DNA from: [Archangium] primigenium
GTDB lineage: Bacteria > Myxococcota > Myxococcia > Myxococcales > Myxococcaceae
Assembly (NCBI RefSeq): GCF_016904885.1
Contig: NZ_JADWYI010000001.1
Span: 7,049,224 to 7,113,223, forward strand
Direction of reading: 5' to 3'
Length of the DNA stretch: 64,000 nt
Shown here: positions 41,753-51,567 of the stretch, piece by piece
How positions within the stretch are numbered: position 1 is the first letter of the stretch
How the letters are laid out: each line of letters opens with the position of its first letter
The notes under the pieces: model-generated
Told to the model about the DNA's origin: nothing
What the model saw: only the letters and a program-made list of their open reading frames with translations
The model's database searches: none
Made by a program: the position numbers and the translations under genes

Positions 41753-42646
41753 CAGCGGTATCGCGTGGTGGCGTGCATCCTGACGGCGAGCCTGCTGATG
41801 CCGGGCGCCTCGCTGGCCAGACCCCTTTTCCCTCGGCCGCTCTTGTATCAGACGGCCCCGGCGCGTCCGGAGATCGCACGCGCCCAGGAACAGATCGAGG
41901 ACGGCGAGTTCGAGGAGGCGGTACGGACCGTGGAGGCCGGGCTGGATGCCCCGGACGTCACGGACGACCAACTCGTGGAGCTCTACCGCCTGCTCGGCAT
42001 CACGTCCCTGTACCTCGGGGACGAGGCCCGGGCGCGCGAGGCCTACGAGATGCTCCTGCAGGCCCGGCCGGACTACGAGCTGCCGCGCACGGCGCCGCCG
42101 AAGATCCGCGCCCTGTACGCGCGCATCAAGGAGGACATCAAGAACCGGCGCGTGCGGCCCGTCACGCTGCAGGTGGACCCGATTCCGGACACCAACGGCA
42201 AGGAGCCCGTGGTGGCCGAGGCGCGCATCACCGACATGGCGCTCGGGGCCCGGGCGCGGCTCTTCTACCGGCGCGCGGGCGCGCAGGCCTACAGCTCGGT
42301 GGACTTCGCGCGCGACCGGACCAACAAGGAGCACTTCGTCGCCACCCTGCCCGCCTACGAGCTGCCCCCCACGTCCTCGGCCTATGAAGTGGAGTACTAC
42401 TTCGAGGTGGCGGACGCGGCCCAGCGGCGCCTGGCGGGCCGGGGCGATGCGTTCAACCCGCTCATCTTCCAGGTGACGCCCGAGGCGGGCGCGGTCGCCG
42501 TGGTGAGCGAGCGCCCCTGGTACAAGAGCCCCTGGCTGTGGGTCGCCGTGGGCGCGGTCGCCGTGGCGGGCACCGCGGGCGCCGTCGTGTACGCCACCTC
42601 CGACAACCGGGCCCTCGTGCCCATCACCGTCCAGGTCCGTCCATGA
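41753..42646 (+). CDS. Hypothetical secreted protein with C-terminal TM anchor (TPR-like helices)
   Basis: Start MDVQRYRVV, signal peptide. ATGA overlap with the next gene. Confidence 0.4.
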   Translation, partial: QRYRVVACILTASLLMPGASLARPLFPRPLLYQTAPARPEIARAQEQIEDGEFEEAVRTVEAGLDAPDVTDDQLVELYRLLGITSLYLGDEARAREAYEMLLQARPDYELPRTAPPKIRALYARIKEDIKNRRVRPVTLQVDPIPDTNGKEPVVAEARITDMALGARARLFYRRAGAQAYSSVDFARDRTNKEHFVATLPAYELPPTSSAYEVEYYFEVADAAQRRLAGRGDAFNPLIFQVTPEAGAVAVVSERPWYKSPWLWVAVGAVAVAGTAGAVVYATSDNRALVPITVQVRP

Positions 42647-43146
42647 GCGCGCGCGCCTCGTCTCTCGCCCTGCTGGGCGCCACCCTCCTGCTGGGCTGCG
42701 GCGGCATGGACGAGCCGGACAGCCAGCCGCTGGGCATGCGGCTGGTGCTCTCGCAAGCCGTCGCCGACGAGCTGGGGGCCTTCCAGGTGGTGGTGCTGCC
42801 CAATGGCGCCGCGCGCAGCTGCGCGGATCTCCAGCGCTCGTGCCTCAACCAGCAGGTGAAGGCCACCGAGCCGCTCGTCATCGCGGACTCCGCGGGCAAG
42901 ACGGGCCGGGCGCTCGTCTTCCCGGTCCAGCTCGGCGAGGGCGGCACCCAGAAGCTCGACGTGAACATCCCCGTCGGTCGCGACTACGCCATCGTCATCG
43001 AGGCGGTCTCGCGCAGCAGCCCGCCGCGCTTCCTCGGCAGCTCCTGCAACTACCTGAACGCCGTGAGCTCCCGCAACGAGCCCTTCATCGCCGCGTCCAT
43101 CCAGCTCGCCGCCGTCGGCTGCAACCCCACCTTCCCCTCGCCTTGA
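42642..43146 (+). CDS. Lipoprotein (lipobox LLGCGG)
   Basis: 167 aa, signal peptide plus Cys. Confidence 0.45.
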
Positions 43147-43186
43147 GCCCGGGGGACGCGCGAGGCGGCGCACCCGCCCCGCCGCG

Positions 43187-43204
43187 TTGTCACGAAGGCG
43201 TCAC
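43187..43204 (+). promoter_or_regulatory. Pho-box-like direct repeat (TTGTCAC-4-GCGTCAC)
   Basis: Two 7-bp repeats with 11-bp periodicity, 70 bp upstream of the first OmpR-type regulator. Confidence 0.45.
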
Positions 43205-43276
43205 ATCCTCTTCATTCAGCCGACACGGGGGCTCTGTTAGTGCAATCGGCGTGAGCACGGCAAGCCGGGAGGAGAC

Positions 43277-43957
43277 ATGGCACGCATCCTGATCATCGAG
43301 GACGAGCAGGATCTGGCCGGACTGGTGGAGTACAACCTGCGCGCCGCGGGCTTCGAGGCGGAGGCGGTGGGCTCGGGCGCGAGCGGTCTGGCCCGCGCCC
43401 GCGCGAATCCGCCGGACCTGTTGCTGCTGGACCTGATGTTGCCGGACCTGGCGGGCAGCGAGGTGCTGCGCCTGTTCAAGGGCGACGCGGACTTGCGCAA
43501 GGTGCCGGTCATCATCGTGAGCGCCAAGGGCCAGGAGTCCGATCGCATCCAGGGCCTGGAGCTGGGCGCGGACGACTACGTGGTGAAGCCCTTCTCGGTG
43601 CGCGAGCTGCTGCTCCGGGTCAAGGCCGTGCTGCGGCGCGCGGACGCCGAGGAGGGTGAGAGCGCCCAGCTGTCCGCCGGGGACATCCAACTGGACACCA
43701 CGCGCCACCAGGTCCGGGCCCGGGGCCAGGAGGTGGCCCTCACGGCGCTCGAGTTCCGGCTGCTGCGCACGTTGATGGAGCGCACCGAGCGGGTGCAGAC
43801 CCGCGAGGTCCTGCTCTCGGACGTGTGGGGCATCCAGGCGGAGATCCACACCCGCACGGTGGACACGCACATCAAGCGCCTGCGCGAGAAGCTCGGCCCC
43901 GCGGGCGACATCATCGAGACGGTGCGCGGCGTGGGCTACAAGCTCACCCCGCCCTGA
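43277..43957 (+). CDS. OmpR/PhoB-family response regulator
   Basis: Receiver plus winged-helix domains. Confidence 0.85.
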   Translation: MARILIIEDEQDLAGLVEYNLRAAGFEAEAVGSGASGLARARANPPDLLLLDLMLPDLAGSEVLRLFKGDADLRKVPVIIVSAKGQESDRIQGLELGADDYVVKPFSVRELLLRVKAVLRRADAEEGESAQLSAGDIQLDTTRHQVRARGQEVALTALEFRLLRTLMERTERVQTREVLLSDVWGIQAEIHTRTVDTHIKRLREKLGPAGDIIETVRGVGYKLTPP

Positions 43958-43960
43958 TCC

Positions 43961-45322
43961 ATGCCCCCTCGCCCCCTGCTGCTCGCGCTGCTGGCTCCCG
44001 CTGGCGTGGCGCTCGTGGTCTTCCTGCTGCTGGGCTGGAACATGGACGCCGTCTATGTCTCGCTCTCCACCCTGCTCGGCTCCGGGCTGACGTTGATGGC
44101 GGCGCGGGGTCTCATCCAGCGCCGCCTGACCGGGCTCACGCGCACGGCGCTCACCCGCCCCGAGAGCACCTCCCCGTCTCCCCCGGCCGCCGATGACGAG
44201 GAGCTCGAGGAGCTGACACTGGTGCGGCGCACCCTCGACGCGCTGCACCAGCGGCACTTCACCCGCGACGTGGGCCTGCTGCAGGAGGCGCGCACGCTCA
44301 CCGCCGTCCTCGACGGCATGGCCGAGGGCATCTGGGTGACGGACGTGGAGGGCAACGTGCTGCGCCACAACGACGCGCTGCGCGGCATGCTGATGCCCGC
44401 GGGGGACATCGTCGGCCAGCGCCCGCTCACGCTGCTGCGCCACGACTCGCTCAACGAGGCCGTGAGCCGGGCCTGCCAGGAAGGCGTGTCCACCCGACTG
44501 GAGCTGACACTGGACGACGTGCTGTCGCGCACGCTCGCCATCCGGGTGACGCCCCTGGGCGGGGACCTGCCCGGCAGCGCCGCCGTCTTCCACGACGTCA
44601 CCGAGCTGCGCCACCTGGAGAAGGTGCGCAAGGACTTCGTCGCCAACGTCTCGCACGAGCTGCGCACCCCCATCACCGCCATCCGCGGCTACGCGGAGAC
44701 GCTCCAGTCCGGCGCCCTCGCCGACCCCCAGGTCGCCGCCAAGATGGTCGACATCATCCACCGCCAGTCCGAGCGGCTCTCGGAGCTCGTCGAGGATCTG
44801 CTCGAACTGTCACGCCTGGAGTCACGCGAAGTGAAGCTCCAGGTGCGGGACGTGCCGCTCGCGCAAGCGGCCGCCCGCGCGGCCGAGACCGTCCGGCACA
44901 AGGCCCAGGGCAAACGCATTTCCCTGGAATTGGACGTTCCCCCGGAGCTCGTGGCCCAGGGAGACGAGCGAGGCCTGGAACAGGTGCTGCTCAACCTGTT
45001 GGACAACGCGGTGAAGTACACGCCCGAGGGCGGACGGGTGCGGGTGACGGGGGGCCTGGAAGAGGGTCGGTGCGTGGTGCACGTGCGGGACAGCGGCGTG
45101 GGCATCGAGCCGCGGCACCTCACGCGCATCTTCGAGCGCTTCTACCGGGTGGACAAAGGCCGCAGCCGGGACATGGGGGGCACGGGGCTGGGACTGTCCA
45201 TCGTCAAGCACCTGCTGGGCGCCATGGGCGGCGAGGTCCGGGTGGAGAGCCAACCGAACGAGGGCTCCACCTTCACGATTTTACTGCGGGTGGCGGTGCC
45301 CTCTGCTGCATCCGCGGGTTAG
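43961..45322 (+). CDS. PhoR-like sensor histidine kinase
   Basis: TM helices, PAS, HisKA (SHELRTP), HATPase_c. Confidence 0.85.
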   Translation: MPPRPLLLALLAPAGVALVVFLLLGWNMDAVYVSLSTLLGSGLTLMAARGLIQRRLTGLTRTALTRPESTSPSPPAADDEELEELTLVRRTLDALHQRHFTRDVGLLQEARTLTAVLDGMAEGIWVTDVEGNVLRHNDALRGMLMPAGDIVGQRPLTLLRHDSLNEAVSRACQEGVSTRLELTLDDVLSRTLAIRVTPLGGDLPGSAAVFHDVTELRHLEKVRKDFVANVSHELRTPITAIRGYAETLQSGALADPQVAAKMVDIIHRQSERLSELVEDLLELSRLESREVKLQVRDVPLAQAAARAAETVRHKAQGKRISLELDVPPELVAQGDERGLEQVLLNLLDNAVKYTPEGGRVRVTGGLEEGRCVVHVRDSGVGIEPRHLTRIFERFYRVDKGRSRDMGGTGLGLSIVKHLLGAMGGEVRVESQPNEGSTFTILLRVAVPSAASAG

Positions 45323-45334
45323 GATGCGCCATCC

Positions 45335-46279
45335 ATGCGGGTCGCAATCCTCGCCGACATTCACGGCAACCTCCCGGCCTGCGAGGCCGTCCTGGAGGAC
45401 ATCGCCCGGGTAGCGCCCGATTACATCGTCGCCGCGGGCGACCTCGCGCTGCGGGGCGCGCATCCTCGCGAGACGGTGGAGCTGCTCTTCGATCGCTGTC
45501 ACGCCCTCATCATGGGCAACACCGACTGCTACCTCGCCGGCAACTACCTGGGGGGCGCCTACCGGGAGCGCGACCACTGGAAGACGGAGCTGCTCCAGTG
45601 GTCGAGGGATCAGCTCGGGGAGGCCTGGCTCAAGCGCCTGGGCTCCATGCCCTTCTCGGTGCGCTACAGCCCGCGCCGGGGGCAGGACCTGTTCGTCTGC
45701 CACGCCAACCCGCGCAACCTCGAGGACTCGCTCGATCCCACGCTGGATGAGAACACCGTGCGCCGCTACTTCCAGAACCTGGATGCGGCGGCGGTGGCGT
45801 TCGGCCACCTGCACTTCCCCTACCGCCGCCGCGTGGGCCGCCTGCTCATCGCCGACGTGGCGAGCGCCGGCATTCCGCGGGATGGCGATCTGCGTCCGGC
45901 CTACGGCGTCTTCACCTTCACGCCCCGGGGCTGGCGCGTGCAGATCCGCCGGGTGCGCTACCCGGTGCGCAAGGCCACCCAGGCCCTCACCGCGCGCCGC
46001 GTCCCCGGTGGACCGCTGCTCATCCACAAGCTCGTCGAGGCGCGCTATCGCCACCACAAGGCGCTAATGGAGGCCGCGCGTCGGCACTCGGGGCTGCCGC
46101 CGCCCGGGCCCGTGCTGCGCCCGCCGCCCGGCTCCAACATCCCCCACCGGCCCACGCCGCTGGAACTGCCCGCGCTGGACCCCGCGGCCCTGCGCTCGGC
46201 CGATGCCGAGGAGGGCGCGCCCCTGCCCATCGACGAGGAGCCGCTGCCGCTCGCCGGGGCACACGACCTGGACGGCTGA
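45335..46279 (+). CDS. Calcineurin-like metallophosphoesterase with Pro-rich C-terminus
   Basis: DIHGN...GD...GNTD motifs. Confidence 0.7.
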   Translation: MRVAILADIHGNLPACEAVLEDIARVAPDYIVAAGDLALRGAHPRETVELLFDRCHALIMGNTDCYLAGNYLGGAYRERDHWKTELLQWSRDQLGEAWLKRLGSMPFSVRYSPRRGQDLFVCHANPRNLEDSLDPTLDENTVRRYFQNLDAAAVAFGHLHFPYRRRVGRLLIADVASAGIPRDGDLRPAYGVFTFTPRGWRVQIRRVRYPVRKATQALTARRVPGGPLLIHKLVEARYRHHKALMEAARRHSGLPPPGPVLRPPPGSNIPHRPTPLELPALDPAALRSADAEEGAPLPIDEEPLPLAGAHDLDG

Positions 46280-46290
46280 GGTCCGGTCGA

Positions 46291-46307
46291 TGTCACGCAG
46301 TTGTCGC
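46291..46307 (+). promoter_or_regulatory. Pho-box-like direct repeat (TGTCAC-5-TGTCGC)
   Basis: Upstream of the second OmpR-type regulator. Confidence 0.45.
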
Positions 46308-46354
46308 CTGGGTGCCACGGGTCCGCGAACGTCGCGGCACACAGTGCGCGCGCC

Positions 46355-47044
46355 ATGCCCCACATTCTCATTGTCGACGATGAGCGGGATCTCGCCGAGC
46401 TCATCGACTTCAACCTGCGCGCCGTCGGCTTCTCCACGCGCATCGCCGCCACCGGGGATGCCGCGCTGGTGGCCGCCCGCGAGCAGCGCGCCGACATCAT
46501 CCTGCTGGACGTGATGCTGCCGGACATGTCCGGCGTGGAGGTCTGCCGCCAGCTGCGCGCCACGCCCTCCACGCGGGACGTGCCCATCGTCATGCTCACG
46601 GCCAAGAGCGAGGAAGGCGACCGGGTGCGGGGCTTCGAGGTGGGGGCCGACGACTACGTCACCAAGCCCTTCAGCGTCCGGGAGCTCGTGCTGCGGCTCA
46701 AGGCCATCCTGCGGCGCGGCAGCACCCCCCAGGAGGCCGGGAGCACCCTCACGCTCGGCCCCCTGTCACTCGACACCACGGCCCACCGCTTCCTGGTGGA
46801 GGGCCGCGAGGTGGTGCTCACCGCGCTGGAGTTCCGGCTGCTCGAGCACCTGCTGTCGCGGGTGGGCCGGGTGCAGTCCCGGGAGCTGCTCCTCGAACAG
46901 GTGTGGGGCCTGTCCAGCCACCTGGAGACGCGCACCATCGACACGCACATCATGCGCCTGCGCGAGAAGCTCGGCCCGGCGCGCGCCTACCTGGAGACGG
47001 TCCGGGGCGTGGGCTACCGCATCGTCGAGCCCGGAGCGGCGTGA
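46355..47044 (+). CDS. phoB: PhoB/PhoP-like OmpR-family response regulator (orphan, adjacent to pst)
   Basis: Start MPHILIVDDERDL, winged-helix C-terminus. Confidence 0.8.
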   Translation: MPHILIVDDERDLAELIDFNLRAVGFSTRIAATGDAALVAAREQRADIILLDVMLPDMSGVEVCRQLRATPSTRDVPIVMLTAKSEEGDRVRGFEVGADDYVTKPFSVRELVLRLKAILRRGSTPQEAGSTLTLGPLSLDTTAHRFLVEGREVVLTALEFRLLEHLLSRVGRVQSRELLLEQVWGLSSHLETRTIDTHIMRLREKLGPARAYLETVRGVGYRIVEPGAA

Positions 47045-47108
47045 GGCGCGTGACGCATTTGTCACGGCGAGTCCCCGCAACGGCCACGCGAGTCACGTAA
47101 AGCCCCCC

Positions 47109-47960
47109 GTGGATTCCCACTCCAAGGAAACACCTCCCATGAAGACGCTCATCGCCTCGCTCGCCACGGTGCTGCTGCTCCTCCTGCCGGGCGCCGCGCG
47201 CGCGGGTACGGTCACCGTGAAGGGCTCGGACACGCTGGTCATCCTCGGGCAGCGCTGGGCCGAGGAGTTCATGAAGAAGAACGCCACCGTCAAGCTGCAG
47301 GTGACGGGGGGCGGCTCGGGCGTGGGCCTGGCGGCGCTCGTCAACGGCACCACGGAGATCGCCATGTCCAGCCGGCCCATCAAGGACGCGGAGAACGCCC
47401 AGCTGCGCGCGCGCCACAAGGCCAACGCCACGCAGCTCGCCGTGGCCAAGGACGGCGTCACCTTCTACGTGAGCGAGTCCAACCCGCTCGGCGCGCTCAC
47501 CGAGCAGCAGCTGCGCGACATCTACCTGGGCGACGTGACGAACTGGAAGCAGGTGGGCGGCCCGGACGCGCCCATCGTCGTCTACTCGCGCGAGAACTCC
47601 TCGGGCACCTACGTGTTCGTGAAGGACCACGTGCTCAAGGGCGAGGACTACACCGCGAGCGCCCAGACGCTGCCGGGCACCGCCGCGGTGGTCAACGCGG
47701 TGGCCAAGGAGAAGAACGGCATCGGCTATGGCGGCGCCGCCTACGCCAAGGGCGTCAAGGAGCTCAAGGTGCTCCAGGGCAAGGAGGCCATCGCCCCGAG
47801 CGCGGAGAACATCAAGAGCGGCAAGTACCCGCTCTCGCGCGAGCTGTACTTCTACCTGCGCGCCGCGCCCACGGGTGATGCCAAGGCCTTCCTCGACTAC
47901 GTCCTGTCGCCCGAGGGCCAGGCGCTCGCCACCCAGGTGGGCTACTTCCCGGTGAAGTAA
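47109..47960 (+). CDS. pstS: Phosphate ABC transporter substrate-binding protein
   Basis: Signal peptide and PBP fold sequence. Confidence 0.9.
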   Translation: MDSHSKETPPMKTLIASLATVLLLLLPGAARAGTVTVKGSDTLVILGQRWAEEFMKKNATVKLQVTGGGSGVGLAALVNGTTEIAMSSRPIKDAENAQLRARHKANATQLAVAKDGVTFYVSESNPLGALTEQQLRDIYLGDVTNWKQVGGPDAPIVVYSRENSSGTYVFVKDHVLKGEDYTASAQTLPGTAAVVNAVAKEKNGIGYGGAAYAKGVKELKVLQGKEAIAPSAENIKSGKYPLSRELYFYLRAAPTGDAKAFLDYVLSPEGQALATQVGYFPVK

Positions 47961-47970
47961 GGCGTCCAGG

Positions 47971-47987
47971 CGTCACGCGATTGTCAC
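47971..47987 (+). promoter_or_regulatory. Pho-box-like direct repeat (CGTCAC-5-TGTCAC) between pstS and pstC
   Basis: 11-bp periodicity. Confidence 0.45.
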
Positions 47988-48005
47988 ACGGGTCCCGAGG
48001 CGAAG

Positions 48006-49022
48006 ATGGATAGACAGGTCAGCATGCAGGGTCAGGGATTCGTGGGACCGGCGGCGGTGGCGCCGAGACTCTCCTCGGCGGCCCGGCGCAGGCAGCTGCG
48101 CGAGAAGGCCATCGCCGGGGTGATCACGGCCATGGCCTTCACGGGCATCGCGGCGCTGGTGCTCATCCTCGTCTTCGTGGCCCGGGAGGCGCTCACGCTC
48201 TTCCTGGACGCCGAGGCCCGCCACGAGGCGAGCCCGTCGAAGATGTTCCTGCCGCAGGTGGTGCGCGCGGGCAAGCCCACCGCCTTCGTGTGGCAGCCGG
48301 TGTCCTCCGTGCCCAAGGTGAGCATGATTCCGCTCTTCATCGGCACGCTCAAGACGACGATGGTGTCCATGCTGGTGGCGGTGCCGCTGGGCGTGGCGGG
48401 GGCGCTGTTCGCGGCCGAGTTCGCGCCCCGGCGCCTGCGCGAGGTGCTCAAGCCCACCATCGAGATGCTCGCCGGCATCCCCTCGGTGGTGCTCGGCTTC
48501 GTGGCGCTCATGGTGTTCGCCAGCTTCCTGCAGGACACGCTCGGGCTGGGCTCGCGGCTCAACGCCCTGGTGGCGGGGCTGGGCCTGTCGCTCGCCATCG
48601 TGCCCGTCATCTTCACCGTGTCCGAGGACGCGCTCACGGCGGTGCCGCGCAGCTACCGCGAGGCGTCGCTGGCGCTCGGCGCCACGCCCTGGGAGACGGC
48701 CTGGAAGGTGGTGCTGCCCGCGGCCGCCCCGGGCATCCTCGCCGCGTGCGTGCTGGGCTTCGGCCGGGCCATCGGCGAGACGATGATCGTCCTGATGGCC
48801 TCGGGCAACGCGGCCATCGTGTCCGCGTCCCTCACGGACTCGGTGCGCACGCTGTCGGCCACCATCGCCGCGGAGATGGGCGAGGTGGTGTCGGGCAGCC
48901 CCCACTACGCCCTGCTCTTCTTCATCGGCGTGGAGCTCTTCTTCTTCACCTTCCTCATCAACATGGTGGCCAGTACGTGGACCCGGCGGGTCCTCAAGCG
49001 GCTGTCGGGAGCGGGCGCATGA
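48006..49022 (+). CDS. pstC: Phosphate ABC transporter permease PstC
   Basis: 6-TM permease, EAA-like loop. Confidence 0.9.
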   Translation: MDRQVSMQGQGFVGPAAVAPRLSSAARRRQLREKAIAGVITAMAFTGIAALVLILVFVAREALTLFLDAEARHEASPSKMFLPQVVRAGKPTAFVWQPVSSVPKVSMIPLFIGTLKTTMVSMLVAVPLGVAGALFAAEFAPRRLREVLKPTIEMLAGIPSVVLGFVALMVFASFLQDTLGLGSRLNALVAGLGLSLAIVPVIFTVSEDALTAVPRSYREASLALGATPWETAWKVVLPAAAPGILAACVLGFGRAIGETMIVLMASGNAAIVSASLTDSVRTLSATIAAEMGEVVSGSPHYALLFFIGVELFFFTFLINMVASTWTRRVLKRLSGAGA

Positions 49023-49930
49023 GCCCCGCCTGGCGCCGGGGCGTGGGTGGAGCGCTCACGTCCCTCACCGGCCTCGCCGCGCTGCTCATCGTGGCGCTGC
49101 TGGCCGTCATCATCCTGGACATCGTGCGCGGCGGCCTCGGGATGATCTCCTGGCGCTTCCTCACCGAGCCGCCCTCGGACGGCATGATGGCCGGCGGCAT
49201 CTTCCCCGCCCTCTACGGCACGGCGGCGCTCACGCTGCTCATGACGCTCGCGGTGATGCCGGTGGGCGTGCTCACGGCGGTGTACCTGCACGAGTACGCA
49301 CCGCCGGGCTCGCTGCTGGCGCGCGCGGTGCGCGTGGCCATCATCAACCTGGCGGGCGTGCCCTCCATCGTCTTCGGCCTGTTCGGCGTGGGCTTCTTCA
49401 TCCACTTCGTGGGCGGCAACCTCGATCGGCTGCTCGGCTACCAGGAGCTGCACTGGGCCCAGCCCGGCATCCTCTGGGCGGCGCTCACGCTGGCGGTGCT
49501 CACCCTGCCCGTGGTCATCGTGTCCACGGAGGAGGCGCTGCGCGCGGTGCCCCTGGAGCAGCGCACGGCGAGCCTCGCCCTCGGGGCCACGCAGAGCCAG
49601 ACGCTCGCGCGGGTCGTGCTGCCGGGCGCGCTGCCGGGCATCCTCACGGGGGCGGTGCTGGCGGTGTCGCGCGGCGCGGGCGAGGTGGCCCCCATCCTCT
49701 TCACCGGCGCGGCCTACTTCCTGCCGGAACTGCCCCAGGCGCTCAACTCGCAGTTCATGCACCTGGGCTACCACTCCTACGTGCTGGCCACCCAGTCGCC
49801 CGACGTGGAGGCCACCCGGCCCCTGCTCTACGGCACCGTGCTGGTGCTGCTCGTGCTGACCTTCGCCCTCAACCTCGTCGCGGTGCTCATCCGCGCCCGC
49901 ACCCGCCGGCGCGCCGCCGCGGCCCACTGA
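49019..49930 (+). CDS. pstA: Phosphate ABC transporter permease PstA
   Basis: Start MSPAWRRGV. ATGA overlap with pstC. Confidence 0.9.
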   Translation: MSPAWRRGVGGALTSLTGLAALLIVALLAVIILDIVRGGLGMISWRFLTEPPSDGMMAGGIFPALYGTAALTLLMTLAVMPVGVLTAVYLHEYAPPGSLLARAVRVAIINLAGVPSIVFGLFGVGFFIHFVGGNLDRLLGYQELHWAQPGILWAALTLAVLTLPVVIVSTEEALRAVPLEQRTASLALGATQSQTLARVVLPGALPGILTGAVLAVSRGAGEVAPILFTGAAYFLPELPQALNSQFMHLGYHSYVLATQSPDVEATRPLLYGTVLVLLVLTFALNLVAVLIRARTRRRAAAAH

Positions 49931-49942
49931 GTCCCGTCCGCC

Positions 49943-50722
49943 ATGCCCTCGTCCCCGTCGTCTCCCGCGCGCATCAAGATGGAGTCCCGCGCGCTCACCC
50001 TGCGCTATGGCAACAAGGTGGCCGTCAAGTCGGTGAACCTCACCCTGCCCGAGCACCAGGTGACGGCGCTCATCGGCCCCTCGGGCTGCGGCAAGTCCAC
50101 CTTCCTGCGCTCGCTCAACCGGATGAACGATCTCATCCCCGGCACCAGCCACGAGGGCACCGTGCTCCTGGAGGGCACGAGCATCCATGACCGCAACGTG
50201 GACGTGGTGGACCTGCGCCGCCGCGTGGGCATGGTCTTCCAGAAGTCCAACCCGTTCCCCAAGAGCATCTTCGAGAACGTGGCCTATGGCCTGCGCGTGG
50301 GCGGGATGAAGGACAAGGCGGAGCTGGCCGCGCGGGTGGAGAAGTCCCTCCGGGGCGCGGCGCTCTGGGACGAGGTGAAGGATCGCCTCGGGGACAGCGC
50401 CCTGGGCCTGTCCGGCGGCCAGCAGCAGCGCCTGTGCATCGCGCGCGCCCTGGCCATCGAGCCCGAGGTGCTGCTCATGGACGAGCCCGCGAGCGCGCTG
50501 GATCCCATCGCCACCGCGAAGATCGAGGAGCTCATCTACGAGCTCAAGGCGCGCTACACCATCGCCATCGTCACCCACAACATGCAGCAGGCGGCGCGGG
50601 TGAGCGAGCGCACCGCTTTCTTCTACATGGGAGAGCTGGTGGAATGCGGGCCCACGGAGAGCATCTTCACCAACCCGCGTGAGAAGCGCACCGAGGACTA
50701 CGTCACCGGGAAGTTCGGCTGA
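49943..50722 (+). CDS. pstB: Phosphate ABC transporter ATP-binding protein
   Basis: Walker [18 protein letters not shown] signature. Confidence 0.92.
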   Translation: MPSSPSSPARIKMESRALTLRYGNKVAVKSVNLTLPEHQVTALIGPSGCGKSTFLRSLNRMNDLIPGTSHEGTVLLEGTSIHDRNVDVVDLRRRVGMVFQKSNPFPKSIFENVAYGLRVGGMKDKAELAARVEKSLRGAALWDEVKDRLGDSALGLSGGQQQRLCIARALAIEPEVLLMDEPASALDPIATAKIEELIYELKARYTIAIVTHNMQQAARVSERTAFFYMGELVECGPTESIFTNPREKRTEDYVTGKFG

Positions 50723-50742
50723 GCGGGAAAAGAGGCGGGCAC

Positions 50743-51435
50743 ATGCCGTCAGTGCATACGGACAAGGCGTTCGAGGCGGATCTGCGCGACTTGCGCGAGA
50801 AGCTCCTGGCCATGGGCGCCAAGGTGGAGGCGCTCATCGCCGACAGCATGCGCGCGCTCACCGAGCGGGACACGTCGCTGGCCGAGGAGGTCGCCCAGGG
50901 GGACAAGGAGGTCAACCGCCTGGAGGTGGACATCGACGAGGCATGTCGCCGCATCCTCGCGCTGCGCCAGCCGGCCGCGAGCGACCTGCGCCTCATCACC
51001 ACGGCCCTGAAGATCGTCACCGACCTGGAGCGCATCGGGGACCTGGCGGTGAACATCGCCGAGCGGGCCAAGGATCTCAACGCCGCCCCGCCGCTCAAGC
51101 CCTACGTGGACACGCCCCGGCTCGCCGAGCTCGCCCTGCAGCAGGTGAAGAAGGCCCTGGACGCCTTCGTCTCGGCGAACACGACCAAGGCCGAGGAGGT
51201 GCTCAAGGCGGACGATCACCTGGATGCCCTCTACCTGAAGATCTTCAACGAGCTGCTCAGCTACATGATGGAGGACTCGAAGAACATCCGCCGCGCCACG
51301 GCGTTGATGTTCATCGCCAAGCACCTCGAGCGCATCGGGGATCACGCCACCAACGTGGCGGAGATGGTCATCTACATGGTGCGCGGCACGGACATCCGCC
51401 ACCCGCGCAGCCGCAACCTGCCCTCGGGCACGTGA
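50743..51435 (+). CDS. phoU: Phosphate-specific transport system accessory protein PhoU
   Basis: Two PhoU repeats. Confidence 0.9.
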   Translation: MPSVHTDKAFEADLRDLREKLLAMGAKVEALIADSMRALTERDTSLAEEVAQGDKEVNRLEVDIDEACRRILALRQPAASDLRLITTALKIVTDLERIGDLAVNIAERAKDLNAAPPLKPYVDTPRLAELALQQVKKALDAFVSANTTKAEEVLKADDHLDALYLKIFNELLSYMMEDSKNIRRATALMFIAKHLERIGDHATNVAEMVIYMVRGTDIRHPRSRNLPSGT

Positions 51436-51471
51436 GCGCGGGGCGGGTGGCCCCCGCATGTATTTCCCCGT

Positions 51472-51500
51472 CGTCACGGAGGCTTCACGAAGCCTTCATC
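51472..51500 (+). promoter_or_regulatory. Triple Pho-box-like repeat (CGTCACG-4-CTTCACG-4-CTTCATC)
   Basis: Three 7-mers in 11-bp register, about 70 bp upstream of the glycosyltransferase. Confidence 0.5.
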
Positions 51501-51567
51501 TGGGCCCCGTAGCGTCCCTGGACAGGTCGCGCCTCTCCCGCGATCTCCTCCGTCCAGGAGAACGTCC

